From IMG/VR virus record IMGVR_UViG_3300021559_000316: 38,118 nucleotides of DNA. The stretch is one strand, 5' to 3'. The notes under the pieces are model-generated. The model saw nothing but the letters and a program-made list of their open reading frames with translations, was not told the DNA's origin and ran no database searches. The DNA is from an uncultured virus (IMG/VR IMGVR_UViG_3300021559_000316) (Duplodnaviria; Heunggongvirae; Uroviricota; Caudoviricetes). Each line of letters starts with the position of its first letter. The stretch's first letter is position 1. Shown piece by piece: positions 24,948-33,119 of this stretch. The translations under genes were made by a program, and so were the position numbers.

Positions 24948-26950
24948 ACACCGCGCGCGATCCAGGCTGGCTCCAGACCCCGATCTGGCAGCCGCAGATC
25001 ACGTGGACCGCGCCGAAGATCTCCGACCTGCCGAGCTGGGCCGACGCCAAGCGGATCTGCCTCGACGTCGAGTGCCGCGACGACGACCTCCACAAGCTCG
25101 GACCCGGCGTTCGCCGTGGCGGCTACGTCGTCGGCGTCGCATTCGCGATCGAGGACGGCCCTGCTGCATACCTTCCCGTAGCTCACGAAGGGGGAGGAAA
25201 TCTCCCTGCCGAGCACGTATGGGCGTACCTACGCGAACAAACCTCCGCATTCAACGGAGAGGCCGTCTTCAACTCAGCGCCGTACGATCTCGACTACCTC
25301 TGGGAAAACGGCGTCATGATCGGCGTTCGCCAGAAAGTACGCGACGTCCAGGTCGCCGAGCCGCTGCTCGACGAGCTCCAGCACAACTACAACCTCGACG
25401 CGATCTGCGCGCGGCGCGGGCTACCCGGCAAGGACGAGAGCGTACTGCGCACGCATGCCGCCGCGTGGGGCGTCGATCCAAAGAAGGGCCTGTGGCGCCT
25501 TCACGCTGGAGCGGTCGGCGCTTATGCCGAGCGCGATGTCAGCGCGCCGCTCGCGCTACTCCGCCGCCAAGAGCGTGAGCTCGACGAGCAGAACCTCGGC
25601 GAACCATACGAGCTAGAATCCCTGGTCACCCCAGCGCTCGTGCGGATGACGAGACGCGGAATTCGCGTCGATCTCGACGAGCTCGATCGCGTCGAGGTGT
25701 GGGCAAAGGAGCGGCGCCAGGCATATGTCGATCAGATCCATCACCTGACGGGCATCCGTATCAACTCGCTCGCGAACGCGCGCGAGCTTTACCCGGCACT
25801 TCGCGCGCGCGGTCTCGACGTGCTGACGCCAATCCACGCGGGCACGGGCAAGCCGACGCCGTCGATCACGAAGCTGTGGCTACAGCAGCAAGACGACGAC
25901 GTCGCGCGAGCCGTGATCTCGGGCCGTGAGTTCGACAAGTTGCTCGGTACGTACGTCGCCGGCTATCGAAAGCATTTGATCGGCAATCGGCTGCACCCGT
26001 CGTTCAAGCAGCTCGCCGGCGCGAGTGACGACGACCAGGACGAAGACGAGGCGGAGGGCGCGCGATTCGGGAGGTGCTCGGCGAAACATCCGAACGTACA
26101 GGCATCCATGAAACGCAGCCGCGAAATAGAAAAAAAGTGGCGAAGGGTGCTCGTCCCCGACGATGGAAAACGCTGGTTCAAATGTGACCTGGGGCAGCAA
26201 GAGCCGCGCATCACGGTCCACTTCGCCGAGCTCTGCCGCCTGCCCGGCGCGCGACAGGCCGGCAACGCGTTTCGCAACGATCCTTGCTTCGATCCTTACA
26301 AGCTCATGGTCGAGCTCTGTAAGACGCCTGCGGACACGGACCTTAAGCAGCTGCGTGACGATCTCAAGGAGATTTACCTCGCGCAGTGTTACGGGATGGG
26401 TAGCGGTAAAACGGCCCGTAAGCTCAAGCGTCCGACGATCTGGAAAACAAATGAGCGCACCGGCTATCAGTACGAAGCCGCAGGCCCCGAAGCACAAGCC
26501 ATCATCGACCGATTCAATCGCGGTGTGCCCTATGTGAAGGCGCTCGCGCGCATGTGCTCTAGGAGCGCGAAGAGCAAGAGGTACATCGTCGCGATCGGCA
26601 ACCGGCGCGTGCGCTTCGAGCTAGATGATAACGGCGAGATCCGCGACGAGCACAAGGCAATCTCAAAGCTAATCCAAGGGTCTGCTGCACACCAGACGAA
26701 GAAGGCCCTCGTCGCGCTCGATGCTGAAAATTTTCCACTTCAGCTCACTGTCCACGACGAGTTCGGCTACTCCGGCAACGACGAAGCCGAGGCGCGCCGC
26801 ATGGGCGAAATCACGTGCGACGCAGTCGTGATCCGCGTGCCATTCCGCTGCGACATCGAAGCCGGACCGAACTACGGCGATCTAACGAAGCTGTTCACGG
26901 TGGCAAGCAAACACACAATACTGTCATTAGCGGCGATGGAGGCTAACTGA
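24944..26950 (+). CDS. polA: Family A DNA polymerase with 3'-5' exonuclease domain
   Basis: ExoI DVE, FNSAPYD, YAERD; motif A DLGQQEPR, motif B R...K...L...YGMG, IQGSAA, motif C VHDE; GGAGG RBS. Confidence 0.95.
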   Translation: MNTARDPGWLQTPIWQPQITWTAPKISDLPSWADAKRICLDVECRDDDLHKLGPGVRRGGYVVGVAFAIEDGPAAYLPVAHEGGGNLPAEHVWAYLREQTSAFNGEAVFNSAPYDLDYLWENGVMIGVRQKVRDVQVAEPLLDELQHNYNLDAICARRGLPGKDESVLRTHAAAWGVDPKKGLWRLHAGAVGAYAERDVSAPLALLRRQERELDEQNLGEPYELESLVTPALVRMTRRGIRVDLDELDRVEVWAKERRQAYVDQIHHLTGIRINSLANARELYPALRARGLDVLTPIHAGTGKPTPSITKLWLQQQDDDVARAVISGREFDKLLGTYVAGYRKHLIGNRLHPSFKQLAGASDDDQDEDEAEGARFGRCSAKHPNVQASMKRSREIEKKWRRVLVPDDGKRWFKCDLGQQEPRITVHFAELCRLPGARQAGNAFRNDPCFDPYKLMVELCKTPADTDLKQLRDDLKEIYLAQCYGMGSGKTARKLKRPTIWKTNERTGYQYEAAGPEAQAIIDRFNRGVPYVKALARMCSRSAKSKRYIVAIGNRRVRFELDDNGEIRDEHKAISKLIQGSAAHQTKKALVALDAENFPLQLTVHDEFGYSGNDEAEARRMGEITCDAVVIRVPFRCDIEAGPNYGDLTKLFTVASKHTILSLAAMEAN

Positions 26951-26951
26951 C

Positions 26952-27710
26952 ATGGAACAGCCTATTAACACACGTGCTGAGTATCTCGATGCCCAATCTC
27001 AGGCGGGCTCTCGCCAGAGACAGAAACAAAAGCAGTACAGGGCCAATAACGCGGAAAAGATCCGTGAATATCAGAAGCAGTACAGGACCAAGAACAAGGA
27101 TAAAACGCGCGAGTATAATAAGCAGTATCGTACTGATAATGCGAAGACAATCAGTGCCAAAAAGAAGAAGGCTTGGGCAGACGATCCACATAGGAAGCGT
27201 GAGTGGCAGAAGAAATGGAATGCCGCGCACGTGGAAGAGATGCGCAAATGGCATAAGAGGTACCGCACCGATAACGCCGCGAAGCTCCGCACGCAAAAGA
27301 AGCAGTATCGGACCGAGAATGCCGAAAAAATCAGTAAGCGGAAACGTGAACTGCACGCTGCGAATGTAGATAAAGATCCTAAAGGCACTTGGCTCAAGAA
27401 GACATTTGGAAGGGCTAAGGCACGCGCGAAAAGGCGCGGATTGCCGTACGACCAAAAGCGCCCTGACCTAGAGCTGCCTGATGTTTGCCCGGTATTAGGA
27501 ATTGTACTTGTCTACCCGAACGCGCTCAAAAACAAGAGGTCTCCTAACAGCCCGTCACTGGATCGTCTGGAGAATCATCTTGGATATGTTGCTGTAAACC
27601 TGCGTGTCATTTCGTTTCGAGCAAATACTCTCAAAAATGACGCGACTGTAGATGAACTAGAAGCTGTTATTCGATACATGCAACGCCATCAAGCAAAGAA
27701 GGCAGCCTGA
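26952..27710 (+). CDS. HNH/His-Me-finger endonuclease with N-terminal 15-aa repeats
   Basis: RAK.RAK.RGL, CPVLG, SPSLDR..N.LGYV..N.RVIS.RAN.LKN; AT-rich; GGAGG RBS. Confidence 0.8.
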   Translation: MEQPINTRAEYLDAQSQAGSRQRQKQKQYRANNAEKIREYQKQYRTKNKDKTREYNKQYRTDNAKTISAKKKKAWADDPHRKREWQKKWNAAHVEEMRKWHKRYRTDNAAKLRTQKKQYRTENAEKISKRKRELHAANVDKDPKGTWLKKTFGRAKARAKRRGLPYDQKRPDLELPDVCPVLGIVLVYPNALKNKRSPNSPSLDRLENHLGYVAVNLRVISFRANTLKNDATVDELEAVIRYMQRHQAKKAA

Positions 27711-27735
27711 TGACCTCCGATCCTGGGAGTCTGTG

Positions 27736-28158
27736 ATGCAAACGATCCCCGTCGTATTCCTGCTCCACCCCGTCGGCATCGGCTCGACGCGCGCCATGAA
27801 CGTCGCCTCGGCCAAGATGTGGCTCCGCGCGCTCATCGACGCGCTCCCAGGCGTCGCCTTCGACGCGAGCTGGGTACCGTACGCCGAGATCGCGATCGAT
27901 CGCGAGCGAGGGATCCACGACGCGATCTGCGTGCTCGAACGCTGCGACGCCGTCGTCGCGGTCGGTGGCGAATTCAGCCGCGGCATGCGCACCGAATGGC
28001 AGCGCGCCGAGCAGAAGAAGCTCCACTGCATCGATCTCACGCGTCCACCGATGCCGACCATCTTGACGATCGAGTCGTTCATCGAGACGCGTACGACGGC
28101 GTTCCAGGCGAAGATCGCCGAGGCGTTCACCGGGATCACGAAGGCGAGGGCCGCGTGA
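27736..28158 (+). CDS. Nucleoside 2-deoxyribosyltransferase-fold (DUF4406-like) protein
   Basis: LERCDAVVAVGGEFSRGMRTEW...A motif. Confidence 0.65.
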   Translation: MQTIPVVFLLHPVGIGSTRAMNVASAKMWLRALIDALPGVAFDASWVPYAEIAIDRERGIHDAICVLERCDAVVAVGGEFSRGMRTEWQRAEQKKLHCIDLTRPPMPTILTIESFIETRTTAFQAKIAEAFTGITKARAA

Positions 28159-28409
28159 AGACGTTGACGTATCGGGAGCTCCTGCTCTGGCTCGAGCGAC
28201 GCGCCGAGAAGCTCGAGGACGGCGATCTCGATATGGAGGTCATCGTCCGCGTGCAAGACGACGACGGCCAGACGATGGTCGGCGGTCTGTTCGCCGTCGA
28301 CGTCGACGCCGGCTGCACCGAGATCGACTCGCTCGTGCTCGACGGATCGACCGAGGCCGAGTCACGGTACACGCTGATCGAGCATCTGTACGGGATCGGT
28401 GAGTCGTGA
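28155..28409 (+). CDS. Acidic hypothetical protein
   Basis: GTGA overlaps. Confidence 0.6.
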   Translation: MKTLTYRELLLWLERRAEKLEDGDLDMEVIVRVQDDDGQTMVGGLFAVDVDAGCTEIDSLVLDGSTEAESRYTLIEHLYGIGES

Positions 28410-28816
28410 CCGCGATCATCGAGCAGCCGCCGCCGCGAGCGACAGAGCGCCGCCCCGCGTGGGATCTCGTGATCGAGCACGTCGAGGGACGACGTCCCAC
28501 GATGGCGGTTATCGACGGCGTCATCGATCAAGTGATCGGCGACATGCGCGAGCGCGATCGCGTCGGCCGCGAGCGCTACGGAGTGCCCCTCACGTCCGGC
28601 AACGGCCGCGATCATCTGGTGGACGCGTACTTCGAGGCGCTCGATCTGATCGTATATCTAGCGACGGAGCTCGACGAACACGGCGTGGCGCTGGACGAGC
28701 CGATCGTCAGCACGCGTCCCGACTGCTGGCGACTGATCCGCTTGCAATCGATGCTGTGGGACCACGTCCGCACGATCGTGCAGCTCCGCGCGATGATCGA
28801 GGAGCGCACATCGTGA
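28406..28816 (+). CDS. MazG/dUTPase-like all-alpha NTP pyrophosphatase candidate
   Basis: R..VG.ERYG.PL...NGRD.LVDAY.EALDLIVYL. Confidence 0.6.
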   Translation: MTAIIEQPPPRATERRPAWDLVIEHVEGRRPTMAVIDGVIDQVIGDMRERDRVGRERYGVPLTSGNGRDHLVDAYFEALDLIVYLATELDEHGVALDEPIVSTRPDCWRLIRLQSMLWDHVRTIVQLRAMIEERTS

Positions 28817-29418
28817 AGAAGCTCCAGATCGCGATCGACGTCGACGGTTTGCTCTGCGACTTCGTCACCGGCGCGCTGCGCATCGTCGAGGAGGTCACTG
28901 GTCGCCGGTACGATCCAGTCGACGTCACCGAGTTCGACTTCACCAAGGCGATCGGCCTCTCCGCCAACGAGACTCGCGAGGTCAAGACCGTCATCGGCTC
29001 ACGACGCAACTTCTGTCTGTCACTCGCCCCGTACCCGCGAGCGCGGCAGGGCGTTCGCCGTCTGCGCGACTTGGGCGAAGTATTCTGCGTGACAAGCCCG
29101 TGGGATGGAAATCCCTGGTGGCGCGCCGAGCGCGACGCGTGGCTCGCCCTCCACTTCGGCATCGATCGCGTCCACTACGACAGCGACAAACGCGCCTACG
29201 AGGCCGACGTCTTCGTCGACGACGAATCCTCGCACGTGCGGGCATGGTCGACCATGTGGCCCGGCCGGACCGCCGTGTTCTGGCGCACTCCGCACAACAC
29301 GGGCGAGCCCGTACCCGCCGGCGCGTGGTCGATCGGATCGTGGGATGCGCTCTACGAGATCGTCCAGGAAGCTGCACGCGCCGCGGTGATCGATCACCGA
29401 GAGGAGATCGCGCCGTGA
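28813..29418 (+). CDS. HAD-family 5'(3')-deoxyribonucleotidase (NT5C-like)
   Basis: IDVDGLLCDF, VTSP, DK, VFVDD, PHN. Confidence 0.85.
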   Translation: MKKLQIAIDVDGLLCDFVTGALRIVEEVTGRRYDPVDVTEFDFTKAIGLSANETREVKTVIGSRRNFCLSLAPYPRARQGVRRLRDLGEVFCVTSPWDGNPWWRAERDAWLALHFGIDRVHYDSDKRAYEADVFVDDESSHVRAWSTMWPGRTAVFWRTPHNTGEPVPAGAWSIGSWDALYEIVQEAARAAVIDHREEIAP

Positions 29419-29621
29419 CGCGCGTTGCCCGCATCTCCACGATGGTCGTCGACGACGTCGAGTTGCGCGATCGACCGAGCATCGTTCGATTCCTGTTCGA
29501 TCCGATGATCTGCGATCACGTCTGGGAGGCTCACCTGTGGGACACGGGCCGCGCGTTCTGCGCGCGCTGCGGCTCACACGCGCGCTGGGTGAACGATCCG
29601 CGCCTGGAGGCCGCGCCATGA
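29415..29621 (+). CDS. Small zinc-ribbon hypothetical protein
   Basis: CDHVW...CARCG; GAGGAG RBS. Confidence 0.6.
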   Translation: MTRVARISTMVVDDVELRDRPSIVRFLFDPMICDHVWEAHLWDTGRAFCARCGSHARWVNDPRLEAAP

Positions 29622-29908
29622 TGGTCCCGACGTGGCTCGTCTGGTCGCCGAAACCGCCCGAGTGCCTGGAGGAAGTCTCGACGCCGTCGATGCTCGACGC
29701 CGCGCGGGCGTGGGCCGAGCGCCAGTTTCGCCGCGGGATGTTGCCGCGCGACGGTACCGAGGTGCTCGCGTGCTGCAAGGGCGATCCGAGCCCACGGCTC
29801 TCGGCGGTCCGCCTGAAGATCACGATCGTCAATGCGCCCGCGTTCCGCGCGAGCTTCGCCGGTCTCGCGTTCGAGGCGAATCCGGTCGATGGAGCGAAGC
29901 ATGGCTAA
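29618..29908 (+). CDS. Hypothetical protein
   Basis: GGAGG RBS. Confidence 0.6.
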   Translation: MMVPTWLVWSPKPPECLEEVSTPSMLDAARAWAERQFRRGMLPRDGTEVLACCKGDPSPRLSAVRLKITIVNAPAFRASFAGLAFEANPVDGAKHG

Positions 29909-30134
29909 CCGACGGACTCCACCACGCTGCGCGTGCGGCTGCACGTACGCGGAGCATCGGCTCGGCATGAGCTTCGCCGACGTCCGCCGCATGATGTGGG
30001 ATCAGGAAGATCCGAACCGGCCGGGCTGGTGGCGGCAGAAGCGCCGCCGCTGCGTCCTAGGCTTCATGAGGGAGCTCAAGATCCACTCCTTCTACGCGAT
30101 TCACCGCTACTGCGAGATGGAAGCGGCCGCGTGA
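29901..30134 (+). CDS. Hypothetical protein
   Basis: GGAG RBS; CACGC...H..C. Confidence 0.6.
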   Translation: MANRRTPPRCACGCTYAEHRLGMSFADVRRMMWDQEDPNRPGWWRQKRRRCVLGFMRELKIHSFYAIHRYCEMEAAA

Positions 30135-30328
30135 CGCGTCACATGTACGCGATCGATCGCCCGATCTGCGAGGCGGAGTCGTCTGTCGACAAGATCGGCG
30201 AGACGACGCGACTGATCTACCGCGTCGTCGACTGCCCGAGCTGCCTGCGGCGCGCCATCGCGGAGGCCGAGGAGCGCGTGCGCGTGCTGCGAGATCTGCT
30301 GCTCTCGCACGTCGAGGAGACGCCGTGA
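30131..30328 (+). CDS. Hypothetical zinc-binding protein
   Basis: H...C...VDCPSC. Confidence 0.55.
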   Translation: MTRHMYAIDRPICEAESSVDKIGETTRLIYRVVDCPSCLRRAIAEAEERVRVLRDLLLSHVEETP

Positions 30329-30531
30329 AGATCGCCGTCACGAAGATCCGTCCCACGACGCGACGCACACTCCGTGCGCTCGGTGGTCGACGCGTCGTGG
30401 TCGAGGGCTTCGGCCGCCGAGCCCCCGCGTTCGTCACGATCACGGGCGGTAACGAGGCCCCGAGCAGCGCGTGGCTCTCGCCCGGCGAGCTGCGCCGGTT
30501 CGCCAATACCGCCCGGAGGATTCTGAAGTGA
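30325..30531 (+). CDS. Hypothetical protein
   Basis: GAGGAG RBS, GTGA overlap. Confidence 0.6.
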   Translation: MKIAVTKIRPTTRRTLRALGGRRVVVEGFGRRAPAFVTITGGNEAPSSAWLSPGELRRFANTARRILK

Positions 30532-30902
30532 GCGCGCTGTTCTCATCGAGAGACTTGAAGTCGAGGCGCCGATCGCCAGGCCCCGATCGACGGGATCGAC
30601 GGCGAATCCCGACGGGTGATCTCCGCCTCGTGGAGTCGTCCACCGATCGGCGCGCGCGCGCGCGCGTCGAGTCGTGGACCGAGTTCGTCGACGCGATCCG
30701 GCGATCGACCGCCGCGCGGCTCGAGCTCTTGAAGGGCCGCGAGGGCGGCGATCTGATCCCCTGTCCCTGGGATCGTCTCGGTACCTGTGACGGTACCTGC
30801 CGGTGCGGCGGATCGGGGACGGTGACCGTCGACTTCCTGCTCGACCACTACGCACGGCTGGCGACCGAGATCATGGCGATCGGCGCACGGAGGTCGTCGT
30901 GA
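30528..30902 (+). CDS. Hypothetical Cys-containing protein
   Basis: GGAGG upstream; CPW...CDGTCRCGGSG. Confidence 0.5.
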   Translation: MSALFSSRDLKSRRRSPGPDRRDRRRIPTGDLRLVESSTDRRARARVESWTEFVDAIRRSTAARLELLKGREGGDLIPCPWDRLGTCDGTCRCGGSGTVTVDFLLDHYARLATEIMAIGARRSS

Positions 30903-31165
30903 CGGTGGTTTCCGGGGCCTGCGTCGACTGCGCGACGCCGATCATCGGCGATCGTCCGCGCTGCCCGGCGTGCCACGATCGACACGCCGCCGCGCTGATC
31001 GCCGCGATCGAAGACGCGCCGGACGATGCGATCACCGCGCCCAGGCCGCGCGCTGCGACGAGCGCGCGCGGTCTGCATACCGCGCTGGCGTGGTTCGTTA
31101 TGCTCCAGCTCGTCGTCGCCGTCGTCCTCGGCTTCATGCTCGCGGTGAAAGGCTGCCGGCCGTGA
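30899..31165 (+). CDS. Zinc finger plus C-terminal transmembrane protein
   Basis: CVDC...CPAC; hydrophobic C-terminal helix; GGAGG RBS. Confidence 0.6.
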   Translation: MTVVSGACVDCATPIIGDRPRCPACHDRHAAALIAAIEDAPDDAITAPRPRAATSARGLHTALAWFVMLQLVVAVVLGFMLAVKGCRP

Positions 31166-31386
31166 CCAAACCCCGCGTCTTCGAAGTGATCTCGGCCGAC
31201 GATCACGGCGCGCCGACGCGTTGCTCGTACTGCGCCGAGCACGGATCCGTCGTCGTCTTGCCACTCACGGGACGTCCTGGGCTCGAAGAGCGGTTCGCTG
31301 AGAGCGACGGCGAATTGTGGATGGGTCTCTGCCTGCGCTGCGTCGACGGAATGCGCGCCGCGCTGCGCGTCGGAGTGCCATCGTGA
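31162..31386 (+). CDS. Hypothetical zinc-binding protein
   Basis: CSYC...LCLRC. Confidence 0.55.
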   Translation: MTKPRVFEVISADDHGAPTRCSYCAEHGSVVVLPLTGRPGLEERFAESDGELWMGLCLRCVDGMRAALRVGVPS

Positions 31387-31928
31387 AGATCACGATCATT
31401 CATGGTGCCCAGACCGGTGTCGATCGCGGCGCGCACGAGGCCGCGTGCGGCATCGAGGGCTGGTCGATCGACGGCTACATGCCCAAGAACGGTCGCGACG
31501 AGGCGGGAGCGATCCCCGAAGTGATCGCGCGCTGCCTGCGTCTCTGTCCACGCGACGGCTACGGCGCACGCACGGAGATGAACGTCGCGATCGCCGACGC
31601 GCTGCTCGTCGTCGTATCTGACAAGGACGATCCGCGCGCGACGCCGGGTACGGCGAAGACGATCGATCTCGCCGTGGCACGAAGACTCCGGCGCATGATC
31701 GTCGATCCGACCGCGGACGATCGTCGAATTGCGATCTGGATTCGCGAGCTGACGCGGCAGCAGCTCTCGTTAGATGGAACATCAACGCCGCTCCGCCTCA
31801 TGATCGCTGGACCGCGCCAGAGCAAGTGGGCCGCGGCGCGCGTCAAGACCGCGGCCCTGCTCCGCCGCGTCTCGATCGAGTTGTGGAAGATCGAGCACGG
31901 CGATCGTCTTCAGCGGAGCACGCCATGA
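31383..31928 (+). CDS. SLOG-superfamily (putative MoCo-carrier/YpsA-like) protein
   Basis: HGAQTGVDRGA, RTEMNV..AD, GTAKT, IAGPRQS. Confidence 0.8.
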   Translation: MKITIIHGAQTGVDRGAHEAACGIEGWSIDGYMPKNGRDEAGAIPEVIARCLRLCPRDGYGARTEMNVAIADALLVVVSDKDDPRATPGTAKTIDLAVARRLRRMIVDPTADDRRIAIWIRELTRQQLSLDGTSTPLRLMIAGPRQSKWAAARVKTAALLRRVSIELWKIEHGDRLQRSTP

Positions 31929-32353
31929 AGGCCGAGAGCGCGATGTGGAAAAAAATTCGTCCGTACCTCGTCGCGGCGAAGTTCGATCCGGTGCGCGTCG
32001 AGAATCCGATCCATCCGGGCACGCCCGACGTGAACCTGTGCACGGGCGATTGGATCGAGCTGAAGACGATCACGGACTGGCCGACGAAGTCGCATCACAC
32101 CGTCATCATCAGGCACTTCACGAATCAGCAGCGCGTGTTTTTGTTCAAGCGCTGGCGCGCGGCGTATGGGACGACGCACCTCCTGCTCGAGGTTCGCGCC
32201 GCGAAGCAGTGGCTCTTGTTCGACGGCGACGTCGCGGCGAAGATCGTCGGGAGAGCGACGGTGGAAGGGCATCGCGTGAATGCGCACGCGGTGCTCGGCG
32301 CGCATGAGATCGAGAAGATCCCGAATTTAATCGTGGGACGGAAGGGGAACTAA
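31925..32353 (+). CDS. PD-(D/E)xK nuclease / Holliday junction resolvase
   Basis: ES..W, RVEN...PGTPDV...WIELK, Q. Confidence 0.8.
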   Translation: MKAESAMWKKIRPYLVAAKFDPVRVENPIHPGTPDVNLCTGDWIELKTITDWPTKSHHTVIIRHFTNQQRVFLFKRWRAAYGTTHLLLEVRAAKQWLLFDGDVAAKIVGRATVEGHRVNAHAVLGAHEIEKIPNLIVGRKGN

Positions 32354-32360
32354 GCCGGTG

Positions 32361-33119
32361 ATGTACGCCTACGTCAACGGAGAGAAACAGCTCGCGCTTC
32401 CTGATTCGCGCGCGAAGTGTCCCTCCTGCGACGAGGAGCTCATCGCGAAGTGTGGACTGATCCGCGTCTGGCACTGGTCGCATCAAGCCGACTTCGACTG
32501 CGACAATTGGACCGAGCCCGAATCGGAGTGGCATCTCGGCTGGAAGAAGCACATGCCCGCCGATCGCGTGGAGGTCGTGATCGCTAGGAGCGACGTCAAG
32601 CACCGAGCCGACATCGTCGCGCACAACGGCGCAATCCTTGAGCTCCAAGCCAGCACGATCTCGGCAAGTGAGATCCAAGCGCGTGAGAACTTCTACCAAA
32701 ACATGGCGTGGCTCTATCGGGTCACGTGGGCCGAGCGTCTCCACTACGGCAAGCGTGGCTTCTGGTGGAAGCACGGCGCGCTGTCACAGACGTTCATCAA
32801 GCGGCCGCTATTCTGGGAATTCGAGGACGAGGATCTCATTCAGCAAGTGAAGCTCTCGCGCGGTGAGAGCTACAGCGGCGCTGATCGCGTGATCGGCTAC
32901 GCGACCAGATCGTACACGCGCGAGCAGTTCGTACAGTTCATCACCACGGGCGTCGTTCCCTCACCCATCCTGACTGACGTTCGAAGAGAGCGCGCGCTCG
33001 AGCGAAAGGATTTAGAGCGAACAACGCGCGCATACGAAGCAGGCTACGACCCCTTCGCCGAGGGGGAGCGTGAGTGGATGAACACGCACGAAGCGGGAGC
33101 CGAAGAGGAGCACGAATGA
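32361..33119 (+). CDS. CoiA-like competence nuclease family protein
   Basis: CPSC...KCG...HWSH...C...PESEWH..WK, HRADI, LELQ.S.I...R. Confidence 0.8.
   Translation: MYAYVNGEKQLALPDSRAKCPSCDEELIAKCGLIRVWHWSHQADFDCDNWTEPESEWHLGWKKHMPADRVEVVIARSDVKHRADIVAHNGAILELQASTISASEIQARENFYQNMAWLYRVTWAERLHYGKRGFWWKHGALSQTFIKRPLFWEFEDEDLIQQVKLSRGESYSGADRVIGYATRSYTREQFVQFITTGVVPSPILTDVRRERALERKDLERTTRAYEAGYDPFAEGEREWMNTHEAGAEEEHE

Noticed and set aside
24944..29418. A complete modified-base pathway (Z-base, hydroxymethyl-uracil, 7-deazaguanine)
   Set aside because: No PurZ, thymidylate-synthase-like, dCMP deaminase or Que/Dpd genes recognised in the window
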